DNA of 64,000 nucleotides from an uncultured Alphaproteobacteria bacterium (GTDB lineage Bacteria; Pseudomonadota; Alphaproteobacteria; Rs-D84): NCBI GenBank assembly GCA_944389525.1, contig CALXMR010000001.1, positions 228,658 to 292,657 of the forward strand, read 5' to 3'. Shown piece by piece: positions 61,949 to 64,000 of this stretch (position 1 is its first letter; each line of letters starts with the position of its first letter). The notes under the pieces were generated by a model. It saw only the letters and a program-made list of their open reading frames with translations, ran no database searches and was not told where the DNA came from. The position numbers and the translations under genes were made by a program.

Positions 61949-63929
61949 GTTTTATATATTCCAGGCGTCCAGATTCATAAATTACAACACCGCCGCGCAA
62001 TATTTTGTTGTTACATTGCGGGGCATTCACATCAAAATATGACACGATATAGTCAATATTATCATCGTTACACAATCTGGTAATATTGTTCATCAGCGGT
62101 ACAAACTTTTGAATATACGCCAGTGTAAAATTCGGTGTGTCGTAAATCCATATTCCATCAATTGGTTTTCTGCGTTTGTTTTTCGTGCCGATGTCTTCGC
62201 CGTTAAATTGTTTCCATGTATCAAATGTGAAATAGTGATTTGATGCGCGTGACTTGCTGAATTCCAAATGACCATCTTTGCCCATAAACGCAACCAGTTC
62301 ATGATCTGCGGTTGCATAGAATATTGGCCGCGGTGCAGATGCGATAATTGTTATCCCCACAGAAACCAGTATCACGCATAAAATATAATTTACTTTGATT
62401 TTGATTGGGCGAATAAACATCATGCATGCCAGACCGATAACTATGATGCATAACGCCAGATTTGAAACATGTGGCAGTGTAATCGTTGCATACGGCAGTG
62501 CGGTGATTTTATGCGCCATGTTCAGTGTGATGTCATAGATGTATTCTGCGGTGCTGGTTGGCCACATCCATCCGAACAATGCACAAAATACACCAATCAT
62601 AACCAGTGGCATAATTGCCACTGAAAATATTGGCAACAAAATTAAATTACCAACCAGTCCATAAATCGGCAAACTGTTAAAGTGTGCGACAACAAACGGC
62701 GCGGTAAATATTGTCGCCACCAGTGATGTCAAAATTGCGGTATATATTAACTTTAAAATTTTATTATGTGGTAACCGGGGCCTGACATCGTTCCATAACC
62801 AGACCAATCCGAATATCGCGGCAAAAGATAACTGGAAACCGGGTTGCATCACATAGTGCGGATTCATCAAGAATATGGCGCAAAACGCGATACAAACATT
62901 ACGCATAGAAATTGCATTGCGCCCAAATATAAATGCGGCAAATACCAGCGTTGCCATCAGAAACGCCCGCACGGTTGCAACATCACACCCAGACAGGAAT
63001 AAATAAAACAACAACCCCGCCCATGCACATATCAATGCGGGCACGCGTGCCGGTATGCGCCGCGTTATCAGTGCAATCGAACGAAATATCAAATAGAATA
63101 TTGCAAATAACCACGCAGACACCAATGTGATGTGAAATCCACTGATTGACCAAACATGTCCGACACCGGTTGCCGTCCATACTGGGCCGTCATTTTCTGG
63201 GACGGCGTTTTTATACCCCAGCACCAGTGTATCAACCAGAAAAGAATCAGACGCGTTATGAATATAATTACGCAGTTGTGCAATACCAGCATAATTGGCC
63301 CTGGACACAACATCGTAACCGTTTAAATAACCTGTTGCGGTCAGCCCATTAAAATACGACCAGCGTGCATAGTCAAAAGATTCGGGCGCATCTGCCCCAG
63401 ATGGTCGAAACAACCCAATTTTTGCATGAATTGTGTCTCCGATGTTTGGTGGTGTTATATCTGACCGCGCAGATACGCGCACGACCGCATCGCCATCGCC
63501 GGCATTTATGTCATTGGCATTTACGCGCAGATATATCCTGGATTTGTCCGCGGTGTAATCAATATGTTCAACCACCCCAGAAATATCCAGTCCGTGCATG
63601 TCGCGTGGCAACAGGGGTGTGTCCAGGATATATGTAAATACTGCCGCATAGCAAAAACCAAATATAAACAATAAAACCGCACGCAGCAGAATCGGAACCC
63701 GTGATATAAACATAATGCCCGCGATACACAGCCCCATCCCACACAGGCACAGCACGATATTCGGTTCAAATGACAGATTAAAATACAGTGCCCCACCCAG
63801 TGCCATCAAAAACGGCACCCACAGAAAAAGATTCACAGATTGGTTTTCTAAAAGTTCTGGTATCCGATGGGTATAATTATTCATCTGTTTGATAATTAAA
63901 CAATTTGGGCAATGGTTTGTGTATCCCAT
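61917..63929 (-). CDS. comEC: ComEC/Rec2-family DNA internalisation channel protein
   Basis: 670 aa, more than ten TM helices, competence-domain motif HVWSISGFHITLVSAW. The C-terminal soluble domain is not obviously a metallo-beta-lactamase. It overlaps the truA 3' end. Confidence 0.75.
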   Translation of the reverse strand: MGYTNHCPNCLIIKQMNNYTHRIPELLENQSVNLFLWVPFLMALGGALYFNLSFEPNIVLCLCGMGLCIAGIMFISRVPILLRAVLLFIFGFCYAAVFTYILDTPLLPRDMHGLDISGVVEHIDYTADKSRIYLRVNANDINAGDGDAVVRVSARSDITPPNIGDTIHAKIGLFRPSGADAPESFDYARWSYFNGLTATGYLNGYDVVSRANYAGIAQLRNYIHNASDSFLVDTLVLGYKNAVPENDGPVWTATGVGHVWSISGFHITLVSAWLFAIFYLIFRSIALITRRIPARVPALICAWAGLLFYLFLSGCDVATVRAFLMATLVFAAFIFGRNAISMRNVCIAFCAIFLMNPHYVMQPGFQLSFAAIFGLVWLWNDVRPRLPHNKILKLIYTAILTSLVATIFTAPFVVAHFNSLPIYGLVGNLILLPIFSVAIMPLVMIGVFCALFGWMWPTSTAEYIYDITLNMAHKITALPYATITLPHVSNLALCIIVIGLACMMFIRPIKIKVNYILCVILVSVGITIIASAPRPIFYATADHELVAFMGKDGHLEFSKSRASNHYFTFDTWKQFNGEDIGTKNKRRKPIDGIWIYDTPNFTLAYIQKFVPLMNNITRLCNDDNIDYIVSYFDVNAPQCNNKILRGGVVIYESGRLEYIKLTRPWHSRPE

Positions 63930-64000
63930 TGCCCTGAATTATAATAGCGTACTGCACATATATTCCGTATTTTTTACAGTCCCAATGCCGTACGATACAT

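Overview
This is a moderate-GC alphaproteobacterial chromosome segment. Gene content and architecture resemble an obligate-intracellular or symbiont lineage (Rickettsiales/Holosporales-like). The evidence is a 23S-5S rRNA unit without an adjacent 16S, ppdK, a compact murein/division block, ComEC/ComF, and many composite palindromic intergenic repeats.

The window opens inside a 23S rRNA gene, followed by 5S rRNA. Housekeeping genes follow: ppdK, rplU-rpmA, dnaQ, uvrD, rpmE, mrcA, mraY-ftsW-murG, valS, rpmH, gyrA, def-fmt, truA, comEC, comF and rmuC. There is also a marR-tolC-adaptor-RND efflux operon.

Interleaved with these are clearly accessory loci:
- Four large secreted cysteine-rich paralogs (9.5-19.2 kb). 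One sits between two perfect 296-bp direct repeats that duplicate the rplU promoter and 5' coding region.
- A tandem array of five paralogous polytopic membrane-protein genes (22.1-28.7 kb), possibly VirB6/TrbL-like, with no other type IV secretion genes in the window.
- A transglutaminase-like gene pair directly after the rRNA operon.
- A decayed, island-like region between tRNA-Glu and tRNA-Gln (47.2-51.9 kb). It holds a signal-less subtilase, a P-loop protein, an ABC-exporter pseudogene, an HExxH protein and a GNAT fragment.

Several families of short modular intergenic repeats recur at four or more sites. All calls are hand-made from the sequence and the ORF track; no database searches were run.
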